From assembly GCA_934169535.1 (NCBI GenBank), contig CAKPOC010000005.1, positions 1-27,282 of the forward strand: DNA of 27,282 bases. Reading direction: 5' to 3'. The notes under the pieces were generated by a model. The model had not been told where the DNA came from and did no database searches. It was given only the letters and a program-made list of their open reading frames with translations. Made by a program: the position numbers and the translations under genes. How positions within the stretch are numbered: the stretch's first letter is position 1; every line of letters starts with the position of its first letter. The stretch comes from an uncultured Clostridia bacterium (GTDB lineage Bacteria > Bacillota > Clostridia > TANB77 > CAG-508). Shown here piece after piece: positions 16,664 through 26,185 of the stretch.

Positions 16664-18403
16664 ATAGAAAATAATAAAAATATTATAGACATAATTCCGT
16701 CATATATAGATTTTAAAAATCCTAAATATATAGAAATTGAAGAAAAATATACGAGTGGAATTATAATTGTAGACTATTATAGAAAACAAAATGATTTAAT
16801 TCTAAAAAATTTAATTAATTCAAATATTAATTTTAATCTTTCAATATTCATAGAAAAACAAAACACAGAAAAAATAATTAGAGATTTAACTTATAATATA
16901 GGTAATGCTTCTGTAGATTTAAATAGTAAAAATAAAAATAGGCAAGACATAGATATAATTGAATTTACTTATGATGATGCAAAATATATAAGAAAACAAT
17001 TACAAATAGAAGATGAAAATTTATATTATTTTTATATTTATATAAATGTAATTGCAGATAATTTAGAAGAATTAAAAAATAATATTAATAAAATAAGAAG
17101 CACTTTAGAAATTAATGGAATAAAAACAAGACTAGGATATTTCAGACAAGAACAAATATATATAGGAACGATGCCATTAATGCTAAATAATCAAGAAATA
17201 AAAAATGCAGCTAGAAAAAATATTTTAACTTCAAGCTTAGTTTCAACATATCCATTTATATCAAATTCTATTTTTGATGAAGATGGAGTTTTAATAGGCA
17301 AAAATATGTATAACAATTCCTTGATTTTTATAAATAAATATGACAGTAATAAATACAAAAATGCTAATATGTGTATTTTTGGAACCAGTGGAGCAGGAAA
17401 ATCACATTATACAAAATTAAATATAATTAGATCTAGACTATTAGGAATAGATCAATATATTATAGATCCAGAAAGAGAATACAATAATTTATGCAAAAAT
17501 TTAGGAGGTAGTTTATTAAAAATAGGACCTACTTCAAATATATATATAAATATTTTTGACATAACAGAAGAATCAATAGAAGAAGGTGAAAAAGGATATT
17601 TATCAAATAAATTAATTAAATTGATGGGATTTTTTAAATTGATTTTTGGAAATATAGACGAAATAGAAAAAGGATTAATAGAAGAAAAAATAATAAATAT
17701 TTATGAGCAAAAAAATATAAATTTTGAGGATGAAAGTTTATATAAAAATAATAAATTTAAAAAATCGGAAGATATGCCAATTTTAGAAGATTTATTTTAT
17801 GAATTTGGAAAAGATAAAAAAACTAAAAAATTTCAAATAAAATTAATTCCTTTTATAAAAGGATCACTTAAATTTTTTAATAATTATACTAATATAAAAA
17901 TTAATAATAAATTAGTTGTAGCAGATGTTTATGATTTAGGTGAAGAAAATTTAAAATATGCTATGTACATTTTTATGGAAATATTTTGGAATTACATAAA
18001 AAAAGATAGAAAAAAGAAAAAGGCAATATATATAGATGAAATTTGGAGATTAATAGGAGTTACATCAAATAAGGAAGTTGCAAGCTTTGTTTATAAAATT
18101 TTTAAAACAATTAGAAAATATGGAGGAAGCGCTGTTGCAATAACACAGGATATATCCGATCTTTTTAGTTTGGATGATGGAAATTTTGGAAAAAGCATTT
18201 TAAATAATTCTAGCATAAAAAATTTTTTCGCACTAGAAGAAGAAAATATTAAAATTTTAAAAAAATATAGTAATATTTCAGAGAAAGAAGAATTGGATAT
18301 AAAATCACTCCAAAAAGGAGAAACTCTTATGTTTATCGAAAAAGAACATATTCTAGCTAAAATAGAAACTTTTGATTATGAAAATAAAATAATAAATAAT
18401 TAA
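16664..18403 (+). CDS. VirB4/TraE(TrsE)-like type IV secretion ATPase; no canonical start codon (putative ATA start at 16664, first ATG only at 17171)
   Basis: The frame is open from 16649. AGGAGG (16651-16656) sits 7 nt before ATA 16664. The N-terminal domain IIPSYIDFKNPKYIEIEEKYTSGIIIVDYY...FYIYINVIADNLEEL...RLGYFRQEQ is typical of Gram-positive VirB4/TrsE proteins. Walker A is IFGTSGAGKSHY, Walker B is AIYIDEIW, and the C-terminal motif is AVAITQDISD. The ORF track lists only 17171-18403. Confidence 0.8.
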   Translation: MENNKNIIDIIPSYIDFKNPKYIEIEEKYTSGIIIVDYYRKQNDLILKNLINSNINFNLSIFIEKQNTEKIIRDLTYNIGNASVDLNSKNKNRQDIDIIEFTYDDAKYIRKQLQIEDENLYYFYIYINVIADNLEELKNNINKIRSTLEINGIKTRLGYFRQEQIYIGTMPLMLNNQEIKNAARKNILTSSLVSTYPFISNSIFDEDGVLIGKNMYNNSLIFINKYDSNKYKNANMCIFGTSGAGKSHYTKLNIIRSRLLGIDQYIIDPEREYNNLCKNLGGSLLKIGPTSNIYINIFDITEESIEEGEKGYLSNKLIKLMGFFKLIFGNIDEIEKGLIEEKIINIYEQKNINFEDESLYKNNKFKKSEDMPILEDLFYEFGKDKKTKKFQIKLIPFIKGSLKFFNNYTNIKINNKLVVADVYDLGEENLKYAMYIFMEIFWNYIKKDRKKKKAIYIDEIWRLIGVTSNKEVASFVYKIFKTIRKYGGSAVAITQDISDLFSLDDGNFGKSILNNSSIKNFFALEEENIKILKKYSNISEKEELDIKSLQKGETLMFIEKEHILAKIETFDYENKIINN

Positions 18404-18418
18404 GAAAGGATTGATATA

Positions 18419-19126
18419 ATGAATTTAGCATTAGAAAATAATTTACAAAATAATTTAGATTTAGAAAATAAACAAAAGAATTTTTTAGAAACCAGTTTAG
18501 GAAAAGCAATAAATACAGGTTTAAATATTGGAATAAGATATTTACTTCCGGACCTTATAGAAGATGAAGTAATTAATATTAAAGATAGTATTTTTAATAA
18601 TGGAATAAAAGAAGGATTAAAAACTGCTGTAAATTCAGCAATAAATTTAGGAAAAAGTACGGTAGGAATATTTACGGGAAATTTTGAAAATATAAATCAA
18701 ATGCAAATGGCAATAAAAAACGGAGGAATAATAGATTCAATTTCTTCACTTGTTAATAAATCAATTAATAAAACGGTTGAATCAAAAAAATTGAATTATA
18801 GTGTTGGCAATACAATAAAAAGAGGAGCAAATAGTTTATTAAGTAGTATTTCTAAAAACATAGAAAATGAATTTGAAAACCAAGTAAATAATATAGAATA
18901 TTTAAATAAATATATAAATAATTGGAAAAACTATTTTAATAATAAAGATTTTGAAGGAATGCAAAGAGAATATGAAAAAATAAATGTAAAGGCAAAAGAA
19001 ATAGCACCAATAGAAAAAACAATAAATGATATAAAAAATGTTCAAAATTTGCATAAATTAATTAAAAACAATGGCCAAAATTTTAATTTATCAGATGAAG
19101 AAATGGAGCTTGCAAAAATGCTATAA
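18419..19126 (+). CDS. Hypothetical 235-aa alpha-helical protein, no recognised domain
   Basis: ORF with AAAGGA 7 nt upstream, beginning 16 nt after the ATPase stop. Rich in N/K/I/E with amphipathic Gly/Ala-containing segments (GLKTAVNSAINLGKSTVGIFTG). No TM helix and no signal peptide. Confidence 0.55.
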   Translation: MNLALENNLQNNLDLENKQKNFLETSLGKAINTGLNIGIRYLLPDLIEDEVINIKDSIFNNGIKEGLKTAVNSAINLGKSTVGIFTGNFENINQMQMAIKNGGIIDSISSLVNKSINKTVESKKLNYSVGNTIKRGANSLLSSISKNIENEFENQVNNIEYLNKYINNWKNYFNNKDFEGMQREYEKINVKAKEIAPIEKTINDIKNVQNLHKLIKNNGQNFNLSDEEMELAKML

Positions 19127-19163
19127 AAAACTAAAAAAACTTAGAAAAATAAGGCTTTTTTAC

Positions 19164-19192
19164 TTGCAAAAAGAATGTAGTTTTAGTATAAT
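19164..19192 (+). promoter_or_regulatory. gyrA promoter
   Basis: TTGCAA (19164-19169), 17-nt spacer, TATAAT (19187-19192), about 37 nt upstream of the ATG at 19229. Confidence 0.55.
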
Positions 19193-19228
19193 ACGAAGTG
19201 AATAAATGATATGAAAAGAGGTAAAAAA

Positions 19229-21685
19229 ATGGCAGGCAAGGAAGTACAAGAACCAGAAGATAGAAATGGTAAAGTCATAGAAAAAGATGTAGAAAAAGAA
19301 ATGAAAGATGCTTACATGGCATATGCAATGAGCGTTATTGTATCTAGAGCTTTACCAGACGTAAGAGATGGATTAAAACCAGTACATAGAAGAATTTTAT
19401 ATACTATGTATGAAGATGGTTTAACATCAGATAAGCCATACAGAAAGTCAGCAACTACAGTTGGTGACGTTTTAGGAAGATATCACCCACATGGTGACGC
19501 ATCTGTCTATGATGCTATGGTAAGAATGGCACAAACATTTTCACTTAGGTACCCATTGGTAGATGGACATGGTAACTTTGGATCAATAGATGGTGATCCT
19601 GCAGCTGCTTACCGTTACACAGAAGCTAGAATGTCAAAAATATCAGAACTAATGCTATCTGATATTGAGAAAAATACAGTAGATTTTATGCCAAACTTTG
19701 ATGACAGATTAAAAGAACCAACTGTATTGCCATCAAGAATACCAACTTTGCTTATAAATGGCTCATCAGGTATAGCCGTAGGAATGGCAACTAATATTCC
19801 ACCACACAATTTAACAGAAATTATAAATGCAATTATAAAAATAATAGATAGTGACAATGTTACAGACGAAGAGCTATTACAAATTGTAAAAGGCCCAGAT
19901 TTTCCAACAGGAGGATTAATTCTTGGAAGAGAGGCCATAAAGCAAGCTTATACAACAGGTAGAGGAAAGCTTACAATGAGGGCTGAAGCTGAAATTGAAG
20001 AAACAAGCAGTGGAAGACAAAAAATACTTGTAACTTCACTTCCATACCAAGTAAATAAATCTAAATTAATTGAAAATATAGCAGAACTAGTAAAAGAAAA
20101 AAGAATTGAAGGAATATCAGAGCTACGTGATGAATCAGACAGAGAGAACGCTGTTAGAATTCACATAGGATTAAAAAAAGATGCAAATGCAAGAGTTGTA
20201 TTAAATCAATTATATAAAAATACACAAATGCAAGAAACATTTGGTGTAATTATGCTTGCATTAGTTGATGGTGAACCTAAAATTTTAACACTAAGACAAT
20301 GTTTAGATTACTATATTGAACATAGAAAAGATGTAATTTTACGTAGAACTAAATTTGAACTTGATAAAGCTTTAGCGAGAGCTCATATTTTAGAAGGATT
20401 AAGAATTGCAATAGATAACATTGATGAAGTAATCAGAATTATAAGGGAATCTTATGATGATGCAAAAGAACAATTAATGAATAGATTTGGATTGTCAGAC
20501 ATACAAGCACAAGCTATTTTGGATATGAGATTAAAAACTTTATCTGGATTACAAAGAGAAAAAATAGAGGAAGAATATCAAGAACTATTAAAATTAATAG
20601 CACATTTAAGAGAAATTCTTTCAAGTGAAAAACTTGTATTTGACATAATCAAAGAAGAGTTAACTGAAATTAAAAATAAATATGGAGATGACAGATTAAC
20701 TAAAATTGTTGCTGCCGAAGGAGAATTCAACGATGAAGATCTTATAAAAAATGAAGAAACAGTTGTTGCATTAACTCATTTTGGATATATAAAAAGAATG
20801 CCAATAGATACATACAGAAGCCAAAAGAGAGGCGGAAAGGGTATAAGCGGAATTTCTACAAGAGAAGAAGATTTTGTAAAACAAATATTTACAGCAAATA
20901 CTCATGATACTGTACTATTCTTTACTAATAAAGGAAAACTATACAGATTAAGAGGTTTCGAAATACCAGAAGCAGGTAGAACTGCTAAAGGAACAGCTAT
21001 TGTAAACTTATTAAGTTTAGATGCAGGAGAAAAAGTATCTGCGGTAATTCCATTAAAATCATTTAAGGATGCAAAATATTTAATAATGGGAACAAAAAAT
21101 GGATTGATTAAAAAGACACCATTAGAAGAATATGATTCAAGTAGAAAAACAGGATTACTTGCAATTAATTTAAAAGAAGATGACGAATTAATTGATGTAA
21201 GATTAACAGACGACGAGAAAAACATTGTTTTAGTAACTACAAAAGGAATGTGCATAACATTTGATGAAAAAGATGTAAGACCTGTAGGAAGATTAGCACA
21301 AGGAGTAATTGGAATAAAACTAGATGATGATGACTTTGTAATAGGAATGGAATCAATAGAATCATCAAATAAAAAGGCAACATTGCTTGCAATTACAGAA
21401 AATGGATTTGGAAAGAGAACGGAACTTGAAGAATATAGAGTTCAAAATAGAGGTGGAAAAGGAGTAATAACTTACAAAATAACACCAAAGACTGGAAATA
21501 TAGTAGGAATAAGGATTGTTGAAGAAAAAGAAGATGTAATGTTAATTACAAATTCAGGAACAATAATTAGATTCAAAGTTAAAGATGTAAGCATTTTAGG
21601 AAGATCTACTCAGGGAGTAACTTTAATGAGAACAAATGCTAACGAAAAAGTCGTAAGCATAGAAACTGTAAATCCAGAAGAATAA
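19229..21685 (+). CDS. gyrA: DNA gyrase subunit A
   Basis: 818 aa from the ATG at 19229 (MAGKEVQ...), with AAAGAGGT 6 nt upstream. The in-frame ATG at 19211 has no [37 protein letters not shown], active-site [11 protein letters not shown], and C-terminal beta-pinwheel repeats with GGKG motifs. Confidence 0.97.
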   Translation: MAGKEVQEPEDRNGKVIEKDVEKEMKDAYMAYAMSVIVSRALPDVRDGLKPVHRRILYTMYEDGLTSDKPYRKSATTVGDVLGRYHPHGDASVYDAMVRMAQTFSLRYPLVDGHGNFGSIDGDPAAAYRYTEARMSKISELMLSDIEKNTVDFMPNFDDRLKEPTVLPSRIPTLLINGSSGIAVGMATNIPPHNLTEIINAIIKIIDSDNVTDEELLQIVKGPDFPTGGLILGREAIKQAYTTGRGKLTMRAEAEIEETSSGRQKILVTSLPYQVNKSKLIENIAELVKEKRIEGISELRDESDRENAVRIHIGLKKDANARVVLNQLYKNTQMQETFGVIMLALVDGEPKILTLRQCLDYYIEHRKDVILRRTKFELDKALARAHILEGLRIAIDNIDEVIRIIRESYDDAKEQLMNRFGLSDIQAQAILDMRLKTLSGLQREKIEEEYQELLKLIAHLREILSSEKLVFDIIKEELTEIKNKYGDDRLTKIVAAEGEFNDEDLIKNEETVVALTHFGYIKRMPIDTYRSQKRGGKGISGISTREEDFVKQIFTANTHDTVLFFTNKGKLYRLRGFEIPEAGRTAKGTAIVNLLSLDAGEKVSAVIPLKSFKDAKYLIMGTKNGLIKKTPLEEYDSSRKTGLLAINLKEDDELIDVRLTDDEKNIVLVTTKGMCITFDEKDVRPVGRLAQGVIGIKLDDDDFVIGMESIESSNKKATLLAITENGFGKRTELEEYRVQNRGGKGVITYKITPKTGNIVGIRIVEEKEDVMLITNSGTIIRFKVKDVSILGRSTQGVTLMRTNANEKVVSIETVNPEE

Positions 21686-21694
21686 AAATATAAT

Positions 21695-21723
21695 AAAAAT
21701 TTCCTCGTTATGAGGAAATTTTT
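21695..21723. terminator. Bidirectional terminator shared by convergent gyrA and the activase-fusion gene
   Basis: AAAAATTTCCTC (21695-21706) and GAGGAAATTTTT (21712-21723) form a 12-bp stem with a 5-nt loop. A/T runs lie on both sides. The stem overlaps the stop codon of the minus-strand gene. Confidence 0.8.
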
Positions 21724-24700
21724 ATTTGTTTTGTATAACATTTTTTAATTCATTAATTTCATTTTTAAGATTTTCATTTTTTAAATTATCTTTGGCAACA
21801 GCCATTAACAATTTAATTCTATTTGTTTGATTTGTTTCACTAGCGCCAGGGTCATAGTCAATAGGAGTTATATTTGCCATAGGATATTTATCTCTAATAG
21901 TTTTTATAACACCCTTACCAACAACATGATTTGGCAAGCAAGCAAATGGTTGAACACAAACTATATTGGAAATTCCATGTTCAATATATTCTACCATTTC
22001 AGCTGTTAAAAACCAACCCTCTCCAGTTTGATTTCCAATAGATAAAATATCCTTTACTTTATCTTCTAATTCCCAAATATCACAAGGTTGCATATAGCCC
22101 TTTTTAGATTTGGCAAGAGCTATTCTTTCATCTTTTTCTAAAATATCAATTAAATGAATTGCGAATTTAAATATTTTTGCTTTAAATTTATCTATTTTTA
22201 TTAGTTTATTAAATGTAATTTTATGAGTTGCAACAAATTTAATAAATCCCATAAAATCAGGAAGAATTACTTCTGCACCTTCTTGTTCTAATTTATCTGC
22301 AATAAAGTTATTTCCAAATGGATGATACTTAATTAGAACTTCACCTACAATACCGACTTTAGGTTTTACTACAGATGTATCAAGTTCTATCTTTTCAAAG
22401 TCATCTACTATTTCATAAATACTCTTTTTAAATTGTGATAAAGTAGAATGGGCTACTAAATCTTTACATTTATCAAGCCATTTATCAAAAAGAGCTTGAG
22501 TTTCGCCTTTGTTTACTTCATATGCTCTATTTTTTGTAAGCATTTTTTGTAAAATATCGCCATATATTACTACTTTTAAAAGTTTTTCTGCAAGCTTTGG
22601 TGTAAGCTTAAAGCCTGGCATTTTTTCCATTCCGACAACATTAAAAGATATTACAGGAACTTGAGAAAAACCAGCATCAGATAAAGCTTTTCTAATAAAT
22701 CCAATGTAATTTGTAGCTCTGCATCCGCCTCCAGTTTGTGACATTATTAAAGCTGTTTTATTAACATCATATTTTCCAGATTCTAGTGCTTCTATCATTT
22801 GACCTGTTGTTAAAATTGAAGGGTAGCAAGCATCATTATTTACATATTTTAATCCGGTTTCAACAGTATGATCAGTACAATCTCTAAGTAAAACAAAATT
22901 ATAGCCACAAGATTTTAAAGCTGTTTCAATAAGTTCAAAATGAGTAGGAATCATTTGAGGGCATAAAATTGTATAATTTTTACGCATTTCTTCAGTGAAA
23001 ATAACCTTATTAGGTCTATAATCTCCATTTCCTAAAGTATTTAAATTTTCTGTTTCTCTTTTTTTCATTGAAGCAAGTAGTGAACGAATACGAATTCGAA
23101 CAGCACCTAAATTATTAACTTCATCAATTTTTATTAAAGTATACATTTTATTGAAGCTTTTTAAAATTTCTTCTACTTGGTCTGTAGTAACGGCATCAAC
23201 ACCACAACCAAAAGAATTTAATTGTACTAGTTCTAGATTATTATGATGTCCAACAAAATCCGCAGCAGCATAAAGTCTAGCATGGTAAACCCATTGATTT
23301 ACGACCCTTAAAGAATGTGAAGGATGTACTTGGTCTGCAATGCTGTCACCCGTAATAACTGCAAGACCTAAACTTGTAATTAAAGTATCTATCCCATGAT
23401 TTATTTCAGGATCAATATGGTATGGACGTCCAGCAAGAACAATTCCTTTTAAATTATTTTTTTCGAGAAATTCGACCGCTTTTTTTCCTTCATTATGAAT
23501 GTCATTTCTGCAGTGCTGATATTCTTCTTCAGCAGCTTTTGCAGCTGACATAAGTTCTTTTTTAGAAAAATTATATTTTTTAAATTCAGGTAAATCCATA
23601 ATAGTTTTTGTTAAAGATTTGGCTTCAAATGGTAAAAAAGGATTTAAAAATGTTATATCAGGATTTTTTAATTCTTCTACGTTATTTTTTAAAACTTCTG
23701 AGTAAGAAATTACAATAGGGCAATTATAGTGATTGTCAGCCTTTTCGTATTCTTTTCTAGAATATGGAATACAAGGGTAAAATATAGTTTTTATTCCTTG
23801 CTTTATTAAACTTATTATATGACCATGAGAAAGTTTTGCGGGATAGCATACAGATTCTGATGGCATTGATTCCATACCTTTTTCATAGGTTTTTCTATTG
23901 CTCTTTTCTGAAATAATAACCCTAAAACCTAATTTTGTGAGGAATGTAAACCAAAAAGGGTAGTCTTCATACATATTTAAAACTCTAGGAATTCCAATAG
24001 TTCCACGAAAAGCTTCTTCTTCCTTTAATGGTGTATAATCAAAAATTCGCTTATATTTATATTTTACAAGGTTTGGCAAATCTTTATTTGCAGAAGTTAT
24101 TCCAGCACCTTTTTCACATCTGTTGCCTGATATGTGTTTTGTTCCATTACTAAATTTGTTAATAGTAAGTAAACAATGATTTTCGCAGCCATTACATCTT
24201 ATGTGAGAGGCTTCTATTTTTAAATTATCAATTTCTTCTGCTGTTGCTAATGTAGATTTATATGTCATATCAAGGTTTGCTTCATATTGTTCCAAGCTTA
24301 AAAGAGCAACACCATATGCGCCCATAAGACCAGCAATGTCAGGTCTTATAACATTCTTTTTAACAATTAATTCAAATGCACGAAGAATTGCATCATTGTA
24401 AAAAGTTCCACCTTGAACAACAATGTTATCACCTAAAACTTTCAGATCTCTAATTTTCATAACTTTTTGAATAGCATTTTTTATTACAGAATATGAAAGA
24501 CCAGCAGAAATATCACCTACTGAATAACCTTCTTTTTGAGCTTGCTTTATTTTTGAATTCATGAAAACTGTACATCTAGAACCTAAATCAACAGGATTTC
24601 TGGCATCTATTGCTGAATTTACAAATTCTTCAATTGTAAGGCCAAGGCTTTTTGCAAAAGTTTCTATAAAAGAACCACATCCAGAAGAACACGCTTCATT

Positions 24701-26023
24701 AAGCATTATATTGTCAATTGTGTTATTTTTTAATTTTATATATTTCATGTCCTGTCCGCCAATGTCTACAATACTTGTAACATCAGGTTGAAATTTTTTG
24801 GCAGCAGTATAATGTGCTATTGTTTCTATTTCGTTTAAATCTACATTTAAAGCAGTTTTTATTAAACTTTCACCATAGCCTGTAACGCCACTATATCTAA
24901 TAGTGACATTAGAAGGTAATACACTGTATAATTTTTTTAGCATAGACATGACGCTTTTTAATGGATTTCCGCCATTATTTTCATATAGGGAAAATAATAA
25001 TGATCCATTTTTATCTATTAAGACAAGTTTTGTAGTAGTAGAACCTGCATCAATTCCGACAAAAGCATCTCCTGAATATTCAGCTAAATTAGCCTTAGGG
25101 ACAACATCTTTTTTATGTCTGTTAATAAATTCTTCATAGTCTGAATCTGTTACAAATAAAGGCTTTAGTGGATTTGTTGTTGTATCCTTTGAAGATTTTA
25201 AAACTTGAATTTTAGCTTTTAATTTTTCACAAGAAATTGGTTTTATATTTAAAGAATCCAGTGCAGCACCTTTGGCAACTAATAAATGAGCTTCATTTGG
25301 TACTATAACTTGTTCTGGAGTTAAATGTAGAGTTTCTATAAATCTATTTCTTAATTCAGATAAATAACTAAGAGGACCTCCTAAAAAGGCTATATTTCCA
25401 CGGATTGGTCTTCCGCAAGCAAGGCCACTTATAGTTTGATTTACAACTGCTTGAAAAATAGAAGCTGCAATATCTTCTTTTGCAGCACCTTCATTTATTA
25501 AAGGCTGAACATCAGTTTTTGCAAAAACACCACACCTAGAAGCTATTGGATAAATAATTGTATGTTTTTTTGAAAGTTCATTTAAGCCAGCAGCATCAGT
25601 GTTTAATAATGATGCCATTTGATCTATAAAAGCACCGGTTCCACCTGCGCAGGTACCATTCATACGTTGTTCAATTGATTTACCAAAATAGATGATTTTA
25701 GCGTCTTCACCACCAAGTTCTATGACTACATTTGTTTTTGGAATGTACTTTTCAACAGCTCTTTTGCAAGAAACTACTTCTTGAACAAAAGGAACATCTA
25801 AGAAATTAGCAGCAGACATAGCTCCTGAGCCAGTTAAAGCAATTGTGAATTGGCTATCTTTAAATTTTAAAACTAAATCATCTAAAACTTTGCACACAGT
25901 ATGCTGGGTGTCAGAGTAGTGTCTTGTATAATTTGCATAAATAGTTTCTAAGTTTTGATTCATAACTACAATTTTTACAGTAGTCGAACCAACATCTAAA
26001 CCGACATGTAATAATTCGTTCAT
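21722..26023 (-). CDS. Large fusion protein: two BcrAD/BadFG-type (2-hydroxyacyl-CoA dehydratase activase-like) ATPase domains plus a C-terminal activase-associated (DUF2229/HgdB-like) region
   Basis: 1433 aa. There are two ASKHA ATPase modules (VGLDVGSTTVKIVVM...CAGGTGAFIDQMA...RCGVFAKTDV and VGIDAGSTTTKLVLI...CSSGCGSFIETFA...RCTVFMNSKI). A Cys cluster CNGCENHCLLT...GNRCEKG follows, then GIPRVLNMYEDYPFWFTFL and later repeats typical of CoA-enzyme activase-related proteins. Confidence 0.85.
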   Translation of the reverse strand: MNELLHVGLDVGSTTVKIVVMNQNLETIYANYTRHYSDTQHTVCKVLDDLVLKFKDSQFTIALTGSGAMSAANFLDVPFVQEVVSCKRAVEKYIPKTNVVIELGGEDAKIIYFGKSIEQRMNGTCAGGTGAFIDQMASLLNTDAAGLNELSKKHTIIYPIASRCGVFAKTDVQPLINEGAAKEDIAASIFQAVVNQTISGLACGRPIRGNIAFLGGPLSYLSELRNRFIETLHLTPEQVIVPNEAHLLVAKGAALDSLNIKPISCEKLKAKIQVLKSSKDTTTNPLKPLFVTDSDYEEFINRHKKDVVPKANLAEYSGDAFVGIDAGSTTTKLVLIDKNGSLLFSLYENNGGNPLKSVMSMLKKLYSVLPSNVTIRYSGVTGYGESLIKTALNVDLNEIETIAHYTAAKKFQPDVTSIVDIGGQDMKYIKLKNNTIDNIMLNEACSSGCGSFIETFAKSLGLTIEEFVNSAIDARNPVDLGSRCTVFMNSKIKQAQKEGYSVGDISAGLSYSVIKNAIQKVMKIRDLKVLGDNIVVQGGTFYNDAILRAFELIVKKNVIRPDIAGLMGAYGVALLSLEQYEANLDMTYKSTLATAEEIDNLKIEASHIRCNGCENHCLLTINKFSNGTKHISGNRCEKGAGITSANKDLPNLVKYKYKRIFDYTPLKEEEAFRGTIGIPRVLNMYEDYPFWFTFLTKLGFRVIISEKSNRKTYEKGMESMPSESVCYPAKLSHGHIISLIKQGIKTIFYPCIPYSRKEYEKADNHYNCPIVISYSEVLKNNVEELKNPDITFLNPFLPFEAKSLTKTIMDLPEFKKYNFSKKELMSAAKAAEEEYQHCRNDIHNEGKKAVEFLEKNNLKGIVLAGRPYHIDPEINHGIDTLITSLGLAVITGDSIADQVHPSHSLRVVNQWVYHARLYAAADFVGHHNNLELVQLNSFGCGVDAVTTDQVEEILKSFNKMYTLIKIDEVNNLGAVRIRIRSLLASMKKRETENLNTLGNGDYRPNKVIFTEEMRKNYTILCPQMIPTHFELIETALKSCGYNFVLLRDCTDHTVETGLKYVNNDACYPSILTTGQMIEALESGKYDVNKTALIMSQTGGGCRATNYIGFIRKALSDAGFSQVPVISFNVVGMEKMPGFKLTPKLAEKLLKVVIYGDILQKMLTKNRAYEVNKGETQALFDKWLDKCKDLVAHSTLSQFKKSIYEIVDDFEKIELDTSVVKPKVGIVGEVLIKYHPFGNNFIADKLEQEGAEVILPDFMGFIKFVATHKITFNKLIKIDKFKAKIFKFAIHLIDILEKDERIALAKSKKGYMQPCDIWELEDKVKDILSIGNQTGEGWFLTAEMVEYIEHGISNIVCVQPFACLPNHVVGKGVIKTIRDKYPMANITPIDYDPGASETNQTNRIKLLMAVAKDNLKNENLKNEINELKNVIQNK

Positions 26024-26060
26024 ATATGTACTCCTTTTTTATCCCCATTTAATAAACCTA

Positions 26061-26089
26061 ATTTTATACGGAAAATGCGATTTTGTCAA
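26061..26089 (-). promoter_or_regulatory. Promoter candidate of the activase-fusion gene
   Basis: Minus strand: TTGACA (plus 26084-26089), 17-nt spacer, TAAAAT (plus 26061-26066), about 35 nt upstream of the ATG at 26023. Confidence 0.45.
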
Positions 26090-26185
26090 TCAAAATAAAA
26101 AAATATAAAAAGTCGTTCTATATAGAAATTTTAAGGAATAGATATACTATCAAGAAAACGAAAAACAGTAGAGAGGAGATAATTT

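Noticed and set aside
16390-16692. 100-aa minus-strand ORF (MSIIFLLFSIFTPPFIIYYFFYF...) from the ORF track
   Set aside because: It is simply the reverse complement of the A/T-only tract, giving only F/I/Y/L codons. There is no RBS and it is pure low complexity, so it is an artefact of composition.
19211-19228. Upstream ATG for gyrA (MKRGKK-)
   Set aside because: No Shine-Dalgarno sequence precedes 19211, whereas AAAGAGGT sits 6 nt before the ATG at 19229. The choice remains slightly uncertain.
26083-26104. TTGTCAATCAAAATAAAAAAAT, resembling the island's TTGTCAAAATAAAAAAAAT (15739-15757), as a shared regulatory site
   Set aside because: The similarity is essentially a -35 TTGACA (minus strand) followed by an A-run. 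It is low-information in this genome and already explained as the activase-gene promoter.
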